Below, piece by piece: positions 46,924-62,700 of a stretch of 64,000 nt of DNA. Within the stretch, counting starts at the first letter, position 1, and each line of letters begins with the position of its first letter. Below the pieces are notes generated by a model, which worked only from the letters and a program-made list of their open reading frames with translations, did no database searches and was not told the DNA's origin. The stretch is from Eledone cirrhosa (lineage: Eukaryota): the NCBI GenBank assembly GCA_964016885.1, contig OZ024744.1, positions 95,232,001 through 95,296,000 of the forward strand, given 5' to 3'. Made by a program: the position numbers and the translations under genes.

Positions 46924-47744
46924 GTGAGTTGTTTTTATTTATTTTTTATTTACTTTTGATATTTTTAATAATCAGTTATTTTTGTTTGTTTTTCTTTTTT
47001 TCATTTCATTTTTTTTTTTCTTCACAAGCATTTAAATTACAGGTCAGGTTCTATCATTTAGTGCACTTTGTTAAATGTAATTTGTTTCAAAGATGTTAAA
47101 CTGTGAAGATGATGATGACACTGTAAATGTGGTTGGTGTTAGGAAGGGCATCCTGCTGTAAAAATCCCAGGCAAATTTACAATTCCGTTTGAGCAAGGTA
47201 CGGTGCAGTCAATTCTGGTCAGACTTGTTTCATGACATGGACAACCCGTCTAACCCATGCAAGCACAGAAAATGGAGGGATTTAATAATGTGACTAATTT
47301 TCTAATTATTAAGGTGATGCTGGTAGCATAGTTCTTAACAAAGGCTTTTACATAAAATTTTGATAGAAGTTTAGATAAATATAAACACTTTAAAGAGGTT
47401 GTTCTGTATCATAGAACCACGGACAACTCCAGGTGGTTTACTATGAAAATGGTTAATTTTTATGGTGAGGAATATATTGTAATATATGTTGATTGATATT
47501 ATAAGATAATTGCAAAAGTTGTGCAATAACATAAAATGGTCTTTAAAAAACTCTTAAATTTTGATCCTATCTGTATAAGGAAATTTTACAACTGCAAAAA
47601 TCTTTGTGGCAGGTGCCATGAAACTGTTTCATATTTGTAATATAATGGCTATTTTTAACATTCTATGGATGTTTTAAGTCTTTAAACCCTCATTTACATA
47701 TGTAAGAGTGATATTTGACACAAACCACTAAACTTACTGGGCAA

Positions 47745-50700
47745 AATTATATTTAGAACTGCACAAAATTAGATCTAGAACTACACAGTTTTAGATTTAG
47801 AACTACACAGTATTAGATTTAGAACTACACAATATTATATTTAGAACTACACAGTATTAGATTTAGAACTACACAATATTAGATTTACAACTACACAGTA
47901 TTAGATTTAGAACTACACAATATTAGTTTAGAACTACACAATATTAGATATAGAACTACACAGTATTAAATTTAGAACTACACAGTATCAGATTTAGAAC
48001 TACACTATATTAGATTTAGAACTACACAGTATTAGATTTAGAACTACACAGTATTAGATTTAGCACGACGCAATATTAGAGTTAGAACTACACAGTCTTA
48101 GATATACAACTACACAATATTAGATTTAGAACAACACAGTATTAGATTTAGAAATACACAGTATTAGATTTTGAACTACACAGTATTAGATTTAGTACTA
48201 CACAGTAATAGATTTAGAATTACACAGTAATAGATTTAGAACTACACAGTATTAAATTTACAACTACACAGTATTAGATTTAGAACTACACAATATTAGA
48301 TTTAGAACTACACAATATTAGATTTAGAACTACACAGTATTAGATTTAGAACTACACAGTATTTGATTTAGAACTACACAGCATTAGATTTAGAACTACA
48401 TAATATTAGATTTATAACTACATAGTATCAGATTTAGAACTACACAGTATTAGATTTAGAACTACACAGTATTAGATTTAGAACTACACAGTATTAGATT
48501 TAGAACTACACATTAGATTTAGCACTACACAGTATTATATTTAGAACTACACAGTATTAGATTTAGAACTACACAATATTAGATTTACAACTACACAGTA
48601 TTAGATTTAGAACTACACAATATTAGATTTAGAACTACACAATATTAGATTTAGAACTACACAGTATTAGATTTAGAACTACACGGTATTAGATTTAGAA
48701 CTACATAATATTAGATTTATAACTACATAGTATTAGATTTAGAACTACACAGTATTAGATTTAGAACTACACAATATTAGATTTAGAACTACACAATATT
48801 AGATTTAGAACTAAACTATTAGATTAGGACTACACAATATTAGATTTAGAGCTACACAATATTAGATTTAGAACTAAACAGTATTAGATTAGAACTACAC
48901 AATATTAGATTTAGAACTACACAGTATTAAATTTAGAACTCCACAGTATTAGATTTAGAATTACACAGTATTAGATTTGAACTACACAGTAATAGATTTA
49001 GAACTACACAATATTAGATTTAGAACTACATAGTATTAGATTTAGAACTACATAGTATTAGATTTAGAACTAGACAATATTAGAATTAGAACTACACAAT
49101 ATTAGATTTAGAACTAAACTATTAGATTAGAACTACACAATATTAGATTTAGAGCTACACAATATTAGATTTAGAGCTACACAATATTAGATTTAGAACT
49201 AAACAGTATTAGATTAGAGCTACACAATACTAGATTTAGAACTACACAATATTAGATTTAGAACTACACAATATTAGATTTAGAACTACATAGTATTATA
49301 TTTAGAACTACATAGTATTAGATTTAGAACTACACAATATTAGATTTAGAACTACACAATATTAGATTTAGAACTACACAATATTAGATTTAGAATTATA
49401 CAGTATTAGATTTAGAACTACACAGTATTAGATTTAGAACTACACAATAGTAGATTTAGAACTATACAGTATTAGATTTAGAACTACACAGTATTAGATT
49501 TAGAACTACACAGTATTAGATTTAGAACTACACAATAGATTTAGAACTACACAGTATTAGAGATAGAACTACACAGTATTAGATTTAGAACTACACAGTA
49601 TTAGATTTAGAACTACACAATATTACACTTAGAACTACACAGTATTAGATTTAGAACTACACAGTATTAGATTTAGAACTACACAATATTAGATTTAGAA
49701 CTACACAATATTAGATTTAGAACTACACAGTATTAGATTTAGAACTACACAATATTAGATTTAGAACTACACAGTATTAGATTTAGAACTACACAGTATT
49801 AGATTTAGAACTACACAATATTAGATTTAGAACTAAACTATTAGATTAGAACTACACAATATTAGATTTAGAGCTACACAATATTAGATTTAGAGCTACA
49901 CAATATTAGATTTAGAACTAAACAGTATTAGATTAGAGCTACACAATACTAGATTTAGAACTACACAATATTAGATTTAGAACTACACAATATTAGATTT
50001 CTGGCATCACGCAGTAATACAGGGTACCCGACCTCCCATGGGTACATGCTGAAGCATATAAACAATATGCCCCCCCCCCCCCCACCGCAAGGTGGTCGTG
50101 GAGGTGCCACGGCAAAAAAGCACCCAGCCCACACTGTAAAGTGGACGTGTAGGCGCCACGAAAAAGCACCCAGCACTCACTGTAAATGAGGTTGGTGTTA
50201 GGAAGGGCATCCAGCTGTAGAAATCAAGCCAGATCAGTTCCTGTATGAGCAAGGCATGGTCAGCCGACCAGACACTGCCCACAACAGGACAACCCGTCTA
50301 ACCCATGCTAGCGTGGAAGAACGGACGTAAAACGGTGATGATGATGATGATGACAGTATTAGATTTAGAACTACACAATATTAGATTTAGAACTACACAA
50401 TATTAGATTTAGAACTACACAATATTAGAGTTAGAACTATACAGTATTAGATTTAGAACTACACAGTATTAGATTTAGAACTACACAGTATTAGATTTAG
50501 AACTACACAATATTAGACTTAGAGCTACACAATATTAGATTTAGAACTACACAATATTAGATTTAGAACTAAACAGTATTAGATTAGAACTACACAATAC
50601 TAGATTTAGAACTACACAATATTAGATTTAGAACTACACAATATTAGATTTAGAACTACACAATATTAGATTTAGAACTATACAGTATTAGATTTAGAAC

Positions 50701-53700
50701 TACACAGTATTAGATTTAGAACTACACAATATTAGATTTAGAACTATACAGTATTAAATTTAGAACTACACAGTATTAGATTTTGAACTACACAGTATTA
50801 GATTTAGTACTACACAGTAATAGATTTAGAACTACACAGTAATAGATTTAGAACTACACAGTATTAAATTTACAACTACACAGTATTAGATTTAGAACTA
50901 CACAATATTAGATTTAGAACTACACAATATTAGATTTAGAACTACACAGTATTAGATTTAGAACTACACAGCATTAGATTTAGAACTACATAATATTAGA
51001 TTTATAACTACATAGTATCAGATTTAGAACTACACAGTATTAGATTTAGAACTACACAGTATTAGATTTAGAACTACACAGTATTAGATTTAGAACTACA
51101 CATTAGATTTAGCACTACACAGTATTATATTTAGAACTACACAGTATTAGATTTAGAACTACACAATATTAGATTTACAACTACACAGTATTAGATTTAG
51201 AACTACACAATATTAGATTTAGAACTACACAATATTAGATTTAGAACTACACAGTATTAGATTTAGAACTACACAGTATTAGATTTAGAACTACACGGTA
51301 TTAGATTTAGAACTACATAATATTAGATTTATAACTACATAGTATTAGATTTAGAACTACACAGTATTAGATTTAGAACTACACAATATTAGATTTAGAA
51401 CTACACAATATTAGATTTAGAACTAAACTATTAGATTAGGACTACACAATATTAGATTTAGAGCTACACAATATTAGATTTAGAACTAAACAGTATTAGA
51501 TTAGAACTACACAATATTAGATTTAGAACTACACAGTATTAAATTTAGAACTCCACAGTATTAGATTTAGAATTACACAGTATTAGATTTGAACTACACA
51601 GTAATAGATTTAGAACTACACAATATTAGATTTAGAACTACATAGTATTAGATTTAGAACTACATAGTATTAGATTTAGAACTAGACAATATTAGAATTA
51701 GAACTACACAATATTAGATTTAGAACTAAACTATTAGATTAGAACTACACAATATTAGATTTAGAGCTACACAATATTAGATTTAGAGCTACACAATATT
51801 AGATTTAGAACTAAACAGTATTAGATTAGAGCTACACAATACTAGATTTAGAACTACACAATATTAGATTTAGAACTACACAATATTAGATTTAGAACTA
51901 CATAGTATTATATTTAGAAGTACATAGTATTAGATTTAGAACTACACAATATTAGATTTAGAACTACACAATATTAGATTTAGAACTACACAATATTAGA
52001 TTTAGAATTATACAGTATTAGATTTAGAACTACACAGTATTAGATTTAGAACTACACAATAGTAGATTTAGAACTATACAGTATTAGATTTAGAACTACA
52101 CAGTATTAGATTTAGAACTACACAGTATTAGATTTAGAACTACACAATAGATTTAGAACTACACAGTATTAGAGATAGAACTACACAGTATTAGATTTAG
52201 AACTACACAGTATTAGATTTAGAACTACACAATATTACACTTAGAACTACACAGTATTAGATTTAGAACTACACAGTATTAGATTTAGAACTACACAATA
52301 TTAGATTTAGAACTACACAATATTAGATTTAGAACTACACAGTATTAGATTTAGAACTACACAATATTAGATTTAGAACTACACAGTATTAGATTTAGAA
52401 CTACACAGTATTAGATTTAGAACTACACAGTATTAGATTTAGAACTACACAATATTAGATTTAGAACTACACAATATTAGATTTAGAACTACACAATATT
52501 AGAGTTAGAACTATACAGTATTAGATTTAGAACTACACAGTATTAGATTTAGAACTACACAGTATTAGATTTAGAACTACACAATATTAGACTTAGAGCT
52601 ACACAATATTAGATTTAGAACTACACAATATTAGATTTAGAACTAAACAGTATTAGATTAGAACTACACAATACTAGATTTAGAACTACACAATATTAGA
52701 TTTAGAACTACACAATATTAGATTTAGAACTACACAATATTAGATTTAGAACTATACAGTATTAGATTTAGAACTACACAGTATTAGATTTAGAACTACA
52801 CAATATTAGATTTAGAACTATACAGTATTAGATTTAGAACTACACAGTATTAGATTTTGAACTACACAGTATTAGATTTAGTACTACACAGTAATAGATT
52901 TAGAACTACACAGTAATAGATTTAGAACTACACAGTATTAAATTTACAACTACACAGTATTAGATTTAGAACTACACAATATTAGATTTAGAACTACACA
53001 ATATTAGATTTAGAACTACACAGTATTAGATTTAGAACTACACAGTATTTGATTAGGAACTACACAGCATTAGATTTAGAACTACATAGTATTAGATTTA
53101 TAACTACATAGTATTAGATTTAGAACTACACAGTATTAGATTTAGAACTACACAGTATTAGATTTAGAACTACACAGTATTAGATTTAGAACTACACATT
53201 AGATTTAGCACTACACAATATTATATTTAGAACTACACAGTATTAGATTTAGAACTACACGATATTAGATTTACAACTACACAGTATTAGATTTAGAACT
53301 ACACAATATTAGATTTAGAACTGCACAATATTAGATTTAGAACTACACAGTATTAGATTTAGAACTACACAGTATTAGATTTAGAACTACACAGTATTAG
53401 ATTTTGAACTACACAGTATTAGATTTAGTACTACACAGTAATAGATTTAGAAATACACAGTAATAGATTTAGAACTACACAGTATTAAATTTACAACTAC
53501 ACAGTATTAGATTTAGAACTACACAATATTAGATTTAGAACTACACAATATTAGATTTAGAACTACACAGTATTAGATTTAGAACTACACAGTATTTGAT
53601 TAGGAACTACACAGCATTAGATTTAGAACTACATAGTATTAGATTTATAACTACATAGTATTAGATTTAGAACTACACAGTATTAGATTTAGAACTACAC

Positions 53701-56700
53701 AGTATTAGATTCAGAACTACACAGTATTAGATTTAGAACTACACATTAGATTTAGCACTACACAATATTATATTTAGAACTACACAGTATTAGATTTAGA
53801 ACTACACGATATTAGATTTACAACTACACAGTATTAGATTTAGAACTACACAATATTAGATTTAGAACTGCACAATATTAGATTTAGAACTACACAGTAT
53901 TAGATTTAGAACTACACAGTATTAGATTTAGAACTACACAGTATTAGATTTAGAACTACACAGTATTAGATTTAGAACTACACAGTATTAGATTTAGAAC
54001 TACATAATATTAGATTTAGAACTACATTGTATTAGATTTAGAACTACACAGTATTAGATTTAAAACTACACAGTATTAGATTTAGAACTACACAGGTTTA
54101 GATTTAGAACTACACAATATTAGATTTAGAACTACACAGTATTAGATTTACAACTACACAGTATTAGATTTAGAACTACACAATATTAGATTTAGAACTA
54201 CACAATATTAGATTTAGAACTAAACTATTAGATTAGGACTACACAATATTAGATTTAGAGCTACACAATATTAGATTTAGAACTAAACAGTATTAGATTA
54301 GAACTACACAATATTAGATTTAGAACTACACAATATTAGATTTAGAACTACACAGTATTAGATTTAGAATTACACAGTATTAGATTTGAACTACACAGTA
54401 ATAGATTTAGAACTACACAATATTAGATTTAGAACTACATAGTATTAGATTTAGAACTACATAGTATTAGATTTAGAACTACACAATATTAGATTTAGAA
54501 CTACACAATATTAGATTTAGAACTAAACTATTAGATTAGAACTACACAATATTAGATTTAGAACTACATAGTATTAGATTTAGAACTACACAATATTAGA
54601 TTTAGAACTACACAATATTAGATTTAGAACTACACAATATTAGATTTAGAACTATACAGTATTAGATTTAGAACTATACAGTATTAGATTTAGAACTACA
54701 CAGTATTAGATTTTGAACTACACAGTATTAGATTTAGTACTACACAGTAATAGATTTAGAACTACACAGTAATAGATTTAGAACTACACAGTATTAAATT
54801 TACAACTCCACAGTATTAGATTTAGAACTACACAATATTAGATTTAGCACTACACAATATTAGATTTAGAATTATACAGTATTAGATTTAGAACTACACA
54901 GTATTAGATTTAGAACTACACAATAGTAGATTTAGAACTATACAGTATTAGATTTAGAACTACACAGTATTAGATTTAGAACTACACAGTATTAGATTTA
55001 GAACTACACAATAGATTTAGAACTACACAGTATTAGAGATAGAACTACACAGTATTAGATTTAGAACTACACAGTATTAGATTTAGAACTACACAATATT
55101 AGATTTAGAACTACACAATATTAGATTTAGAACTACACAGTATTAGATTTAGAACTACACAATATTAGATTTAGAACTACACAGTATTAGATTTAGAACT
55201 ACACAGTATTAGATTTAGAACTACACAGTATTAGATTTAGAACTACACAATATTAGATTTAGAACTACACAATATTAGATTTAGAACTACACAATATTAG
55301 AGTTAGAACTATACAGTATTAGATTTAGAACTACACAGTATTAGATTTAGAACTACACAGTATTAGATTTAGAACTACACAATATTAGACCTAGAGCTAC
55401 ACAATATTAGATTTAGAACTACACAATATTAGATTTAGAACTAAACAGTATTAGATTAGAACTACACAATACTAGATTTAGAACTACACAATATTAGATT
55501 TAGAACTACACAATATTAGATTTAGAACTACATAGTATTAGATTTAGAACTACATAGTATTAGATTTAGAACTACACAATATTAGATTTAGAACTACACA
55601 ATATTAGATTTAGAACTATACAGTATTAGATTTAGAACTACACAGTATTAGATTTAGAACTACACAATATTAGATTTAGAACTATACAGTATTAGATTTA
55701 GAACTACACAGTATTAGATTTTGAACTACACAGTATTAGATTTAGTACTACACAGTAATAGATTTAGAACTACACAGTAATAGATTTAGAACTACACAGT
55801 ATTAAATTTACAACTACACAGTATTAGATTTAGAACTACACAATATTAGATTTAGAACTACACAATATTAGATTTAGAACTACACAGTATTAGATTTAGA
55901 ACTACACAGTATTTGATTTAGAACTACACAGCATTAGATTTAGAACTACATAGTATTAGATTTATAACTACATAGTATTAGATTTAGAACTACACAGTAT
56001 TAGATTTAGAACTACACAGTATTAGATTTAGAACTACACAGTATTAGATTTAGAACTACACATTAGATTTAGCACTACACAATATTATATTTAGAACTAC
56101 ACAGTATTAGATTTAGAACTACACGATATTAGATTTACAACTACACAGTATTAGATTTAGAACTACACAATATTAGATTTAGAACTGCACAATATTAGAT
56201 TTAGAACTACACAGTATTAGATTTAGAACTACACAGTATTAGATTTAGAACTACACAGTATTAGATTTAGAACTACACAGTATTAGATTTAGAACTACAC
56301 AGTATTAGATTTAGAACTACATAATATTAGATTTATAACTACATTGTATTAGATTTAGAACTACACAGTATTAGATTTAAAACTACACAGTATTAGATTT
56401 AGAACTACACAGGTTTAGATTTAGAACTACACAATATTAGATTTAGAACTACACAGTATTAGATTTACAACTACACAGTATTAGATTTAGAACTACACAA
56501 TATTAGATTTAGAACTACACAATATTAGATTTAGAACTAAACTATTAGATTAGGACTACACAATATTAGATTTAGAGCTACACAATATTAGATTTAGAAC
56601 TAAACAGTATTAGATTAGAACTACACAATATTAGATTTAGAACTACACAGTATTAGATTTAGAACTACACAGTATTAGATTTAGAATTACACAGTATTAG

Positions 56701-59700
56701 ATTTGAACTACACAGTAATAGATTTAGAACTACACTATTAGATTTAGAACTACATAGTATTAGATTTAGAACTACATAGTATTAGATTTAGAACTACACA
56801 ATATTAGATTTAGAACTACACAATATTAGATTTAGAACTAAACTATTAGATTAGAACTACACAATATTAGATTTAGAACTACATAGTATTAGATTTAGAA
56901 CTACACAATATTAGATTTAGAACTACACAATATTAGATTTAGAACTACACAATATTAGATTTAGAACTATACAGTATTAGATTTAGAACTATACAGTATT
57001 AGATTTAGAACTACACAGTATTAGATTTTGAACTACACAGTATTAGATTTAGTACTACACAGTAATAGATTTAGAACTACACAGTAATAGATTTAGAACT
57101 ACACAGTATTAAATTTACAACTCCATAGTATTAGATTTAGAACTACACAATATTAGATTTAGCACTACACAATATTAGATTTAGAACTACACAGTATTAG
57201 ATTTAGAACTACACAGTATTAGATTTAGAACTACACAGTATTAGATTTAGAACTACACATTAGATTTAGCACTGCACAGTATTATATTTAGAACTACACA
57301 GTATTAGATTTAGAACTACACGATATTAGATTTACAACTACACAGTATTAGATTTAGAACTACACAATATTAGATTTAGAACTACACAATATTAGATTTA
57401 GAATTACACAGTATTAGATTTAGAACTACACAGTATTAGATTTAGAACTACACAGTATTAGATTTAGAACTACACAGTATTAGATTTAGAACTACACAAT
57501 ATTAGATTTAGAACTACATAATATTAGATTTAGAACTACATAGTATTAGATTTAGAACTACATAGTATTAGATTTATAACTACATAGTATTAGATTTAGA
57601 ACTACACAGTATTAGATTTAGAACTACACAGTATTAGATTTAGAACTACACAGTATTAGATTTAGAACTACACAGTATTAGATTTAGAACTACACATTAG
57701 ATTTAGCACTGCACAGTATTATATTTAGAACTACACAGTATTAGATTTAGAACTACACGATATTAGATTTACAACTACACAGTATTAGATTTAGAACTAC
57801 ACAATATTAGATTTAGAACTACACAATATTAGATTTAGAATTACACAGTATTAGATTTAGAACTACACAGTATTAGATTTAGAACTACACAGTATTAGAT
57901 TTAGAACTACACAGTATTAGATTTAGAACTACACAATATTAGATTTAGAACTACATAATATTAGATTTAGAACTACATAGTATTAGATTTAGAACTACAT
58001 AGTATTAGATTGAGAACTACACAATATTAGATTTAGAACTACACAATATTAGATTTAGAACTAAACTATTAGATTAGAACTACACAATATTAGATTTAGA
58101 GCTACACAATATTAGATTTAGAGCTACACAATATTAGATTTAGAACTACACAATATTAGATTTAGAACTAAACAGTATTAGATTAGAACTACACGATACT
58201 AGATTTAGAACTACACAATATTAGATTTAGAACTACACAATATTAGATTTAGAACTACATAGTATTAGATTTAGAACTACATAGTATTAGATTTAGAACT
58301 ACACAATATTAGATTTAGAACTACACAATATTAGATTTAGAACTATACAGTATTAGATTTAGAACTAAACTATTAGATTAGAACTACACAATATTAGATT
58401 TAGAACTACATAGTATTAGATTTAGAACTACATAGTATTAGATTTAGAACTACACAATATTAGATTTAGAACTACACAATATTAGATTTAGAACTATACA
58501 GTATTAGATTTAGAACTACACAGTATTAGATTTAGAACTACACAATATTAGATTTAGAACTATACAGTATTAGATTTATAACTACACAGTATTAGATTTT
58601 GAACTACACAGTATTAGATTTAGTACTACACAGTAATAGATTTAGAACTACACAGTAATAGATTTAGAACTACACAGTATTAAATTTACAACTACATAGT
58701 ATTAGATTTAGAACTACACAATATTAGATTTAGAACTACACAATATTAGATTTAGAACTACACAGTATTAGATTTAGAACTACACAGTATTTGATTTAGA
58801 ACTACACAGCATTAGATTTAGAACTACATAGTATTAGATTTATAACTACATAGTATTAGATTTAGAACTACACAGTATTAGATTTAGAACTACACAGTAT
58901 TAGATTTAGAACTACACAGTATTAGATTTAGAACTACACATTAGATTTAGCACTACACAATATTATATTTAGAACTACACAGTATTAGATTTAGAACTAC
59001 ACGATATTAGATTTACAACTACACAATATTAGATTTAGAACTACACAATATTAGATTTAGAACTACACAATATTAGATTTAGAACTACACAGTATTAGAT
59101 TTAGAACTACACAGTATTAGATTTAGAACTACACAGTATCAGATTTAGAACTACACAGTATTAGATTTAGAACTACACAGTATTAGATTTAGAACTACAT
59201 AATATTAGATTTATAACTACATTGTATTAGATTTAGAACTACACAGTATTAGATTTAGAACTACATAATATTAGATTTATAACTACATTGTATTAGATTT
59301 AGAACTACACAGTATTAGATTTAAAACTACACAGTATTAGATTTAGAACTACACAGGTTTAGATTTAGAACTACACAATATTAGATTTAGAACTATACAG
59401 TATTAGATTTACAACTACACAGTATTAGATTTAGAACTACACAATATTAGATTTAGAACTACACAATATTAGATTTAGAACTAAACTATTAGATTAGGAC
59501 TACACAATATTAGATTTAGAGCTACACAATATTAGATTTAGAACTAAACAGTATTAGATTAGAACTACACAATATTAGATTTAGAACTACACAGTATTAG
59601 ATTTAGAACTACACAGTATTAGATTTAGAATTACACAGTATTAGATTTGAACTACACAGTAATAGATTTAGAACTACACTATTAGATTTAGAACTACATA

Positions 59701-62700
59701 GTATTAGATTTAGAACTACATAGTATTAGATTTAGAACTACACAATATTAGATTTAGAACTACACAATATTAGATTTAGAACTAAACTATTAGATTAGAA
59801 CTACACAATATTAGATTTAGAACTACATAGTATTAGATTTAGAACTACACAATATTAGATTTAGAACTACACAATATTAGATTTAGAACTACACAATATT
59901 AGATTTAGAACTATACAGTATTAGATTTAGAACTATACAGTATTAGATTTAGAACTACACAGTATTAGATTTTGAACTACACAGTATTAGATTTAGTACT
60001 ACACAGTAATAGATTTAGAACTACACAGTAATAGATTTAGAACTACACAGTATTAAATTTACAACTCCACAGTATTAGATTTAGAACTACACAATATTAG
60101 ATTTAGCACTACACAATATTAGATTTAGAACTACACAGTATTAGATTTAGAACTACACAGTATTTGATTTAGAACTACACAGCATTAGATTTAGAACTAC
60201 ATAGTATTAGATTTATAACTACATAGTATTAGATTTAGAACTACACAGTATTAGATTTAGAACTACACAGTATTAGATTTAGAACTACACAGTATTAGAT
60301 TTAGAACTACACAGTATTAGATTTAGAACTACACATTAGATTTAGCACTGCACAGTATTATATTTAGAACTACACAGTATTAGATTTAGAACTACACGAT
60401 ATTAGATTTACAACTACACAGTATTAGATTTAGAACTACACAATATTAGATTTAGAACTACACAATATTAGATTTAGAATTACACAGTATTAGATTTAGA
60501 ACTACACAGTATTAGATTTAGAACTACACAGTATTAGATTTAGAACTACACAGTATTAGATTTAGAACTACACAATATTAGATTTAGAACTACATAATAT
60601 TAGATTTAGAACTACATAGTATTAGATTTAGAACTACATAGTATTAGATTGAGAACTACACAATATTAGATTTAGAACTACACAATATTAGATTTAGAAC
60701 TAAACTATTAGATTAGAACTACACAATATTAGATTTAGAGCTACACAATATTAGATTTAGAGCTACACAATATTAGATTTAGAACTACACAATATTAGAT
60801 TTAGAACTAAACAGTATTAGATTAGAACTACACGATACTAGATTTAGAACTACACAATATTAGATTTAGAACTACACAATATTAGATTTAGAACTACATA
60901 GTATTAGATTTAGAACTACATAGTATTAGATTTAGAACTACACAATATTAGATTTAGAACTACACAATATTAGATTTAGAACTATACAGTATTAGATTTA
61001 GAACTAAACTATTAGATTAGAACTACACAATATTAGATTTAGAACTACATAGTATTAGATTTAGAACTACATAGTATTAGATTTAGAACTACACAATATT
61101 AGATTTAGAACTACACAATATTAGATTTAGAACTATACAGTATTAGATTTAGAACTACACAGTATTAGATTTAGAACTACACAATATTAGATTTAGAACT
61201 ATACAGTATTAGATTTATAACTACACAGTATTAGATTTTGAACTACACAGTATTAGATTTAGTACTACACAGTAATAGATTTAGAACTACACAGTAATAG
61301 ATTTAGAACTACACAGTATTAAATTTACAACTACATAGTATTAGATTTAGAACTACACAATATTAGATTTAGAACTACACAATATTAGATTTAGAACTAC
61401 ACAGTATTAGATTTAGAACTACACAGTATTTGATTTAGAACTACACAGCATTAGATTTAGAACTACATAGTATTAGATTTATAACTACATAGTATTAGAT
61501 TTAGAACTACACAGTATTAGATTTAGAACTACACAGTATTAGATTTAGAACTACACAGTATTAGATTTAGAACTACACATTAGATTTAGCACTACACAAT
61601 ATTATATTTAGAACTACACAGTATTAGATTTAGAACTACACGATATTAGATTTACAACTACACAATATTAGATTTAGAACTACACAATATTAGATTTAGA
61701 ACTACACATTATTAGATTTAGAACTACACAGTATTAGATTTAGAACTACACAGTATTAGATTTAGAACTACACAGTATCAGATTTAGAACTACACAGTAT
61801 TAGATTTAGAACTACACAGTATTAGATTTAGAACTACATAATATTAGATTTATAACTACATTGTATTAGATTTAGAACTACACAGTATTAGATTTAAAAC
61901 TACACAGTATTAGATTTAGAACTACATAGGTTTAGATTTAGAACTACACAATATTAGATTTAGAACTACACAGTATTAGATTTACAACTACACAGTATTA
62001 GATTTAGAACTACACAATATTAGATTTAGAACTACACAATATTAGATTTAGAACTAAACTATTAGATTAGGACTACACAATATTAGATTTAGAGCTACAC
62101 AATATTAGATTTAGAACTAAACAGTATTAGATTAGAACTACACAATATTAGATTTAGAACTACACAGTATTAGATTTAGAACTACACAGTATTAGATTTA
62201 GAATTACACAGTATTAGATTTGAACTACACAGTAATAGATTTAGAACTACACAATATTAGATTTAGAACTACATAGTATTAGATTTAGAACTACATAGTA
62301 TTAGATTTAGAACTACACAATATTAGATTTAGAACTAAACTATTAGATTAGAACTACACAATATTAGATTTAGAACTACATAGTATTAGATTTAGAACTA
62401 CACAATATTAGATTTAGAACTACACAATATTAGATTTAGAACTACACAATATTAGATTTAGAACTATACAGTATTAGATTTAGAACTACACAGTATTAGA
62501 TTTAGAACTACACAGTATTAGATTTAGAACTACACAGTATTAGATTTAGAACTACACAGTATTAGATTTAGAACTACACATTAGATTTAGCACTACACAA
62601 TATTATATTTAGAACTACACAGTATTAGATTTAGAACTACACGATATTAGATTTACAACTACACAGTATTAGATTTAGAACTACACAATATTAGATTTAG

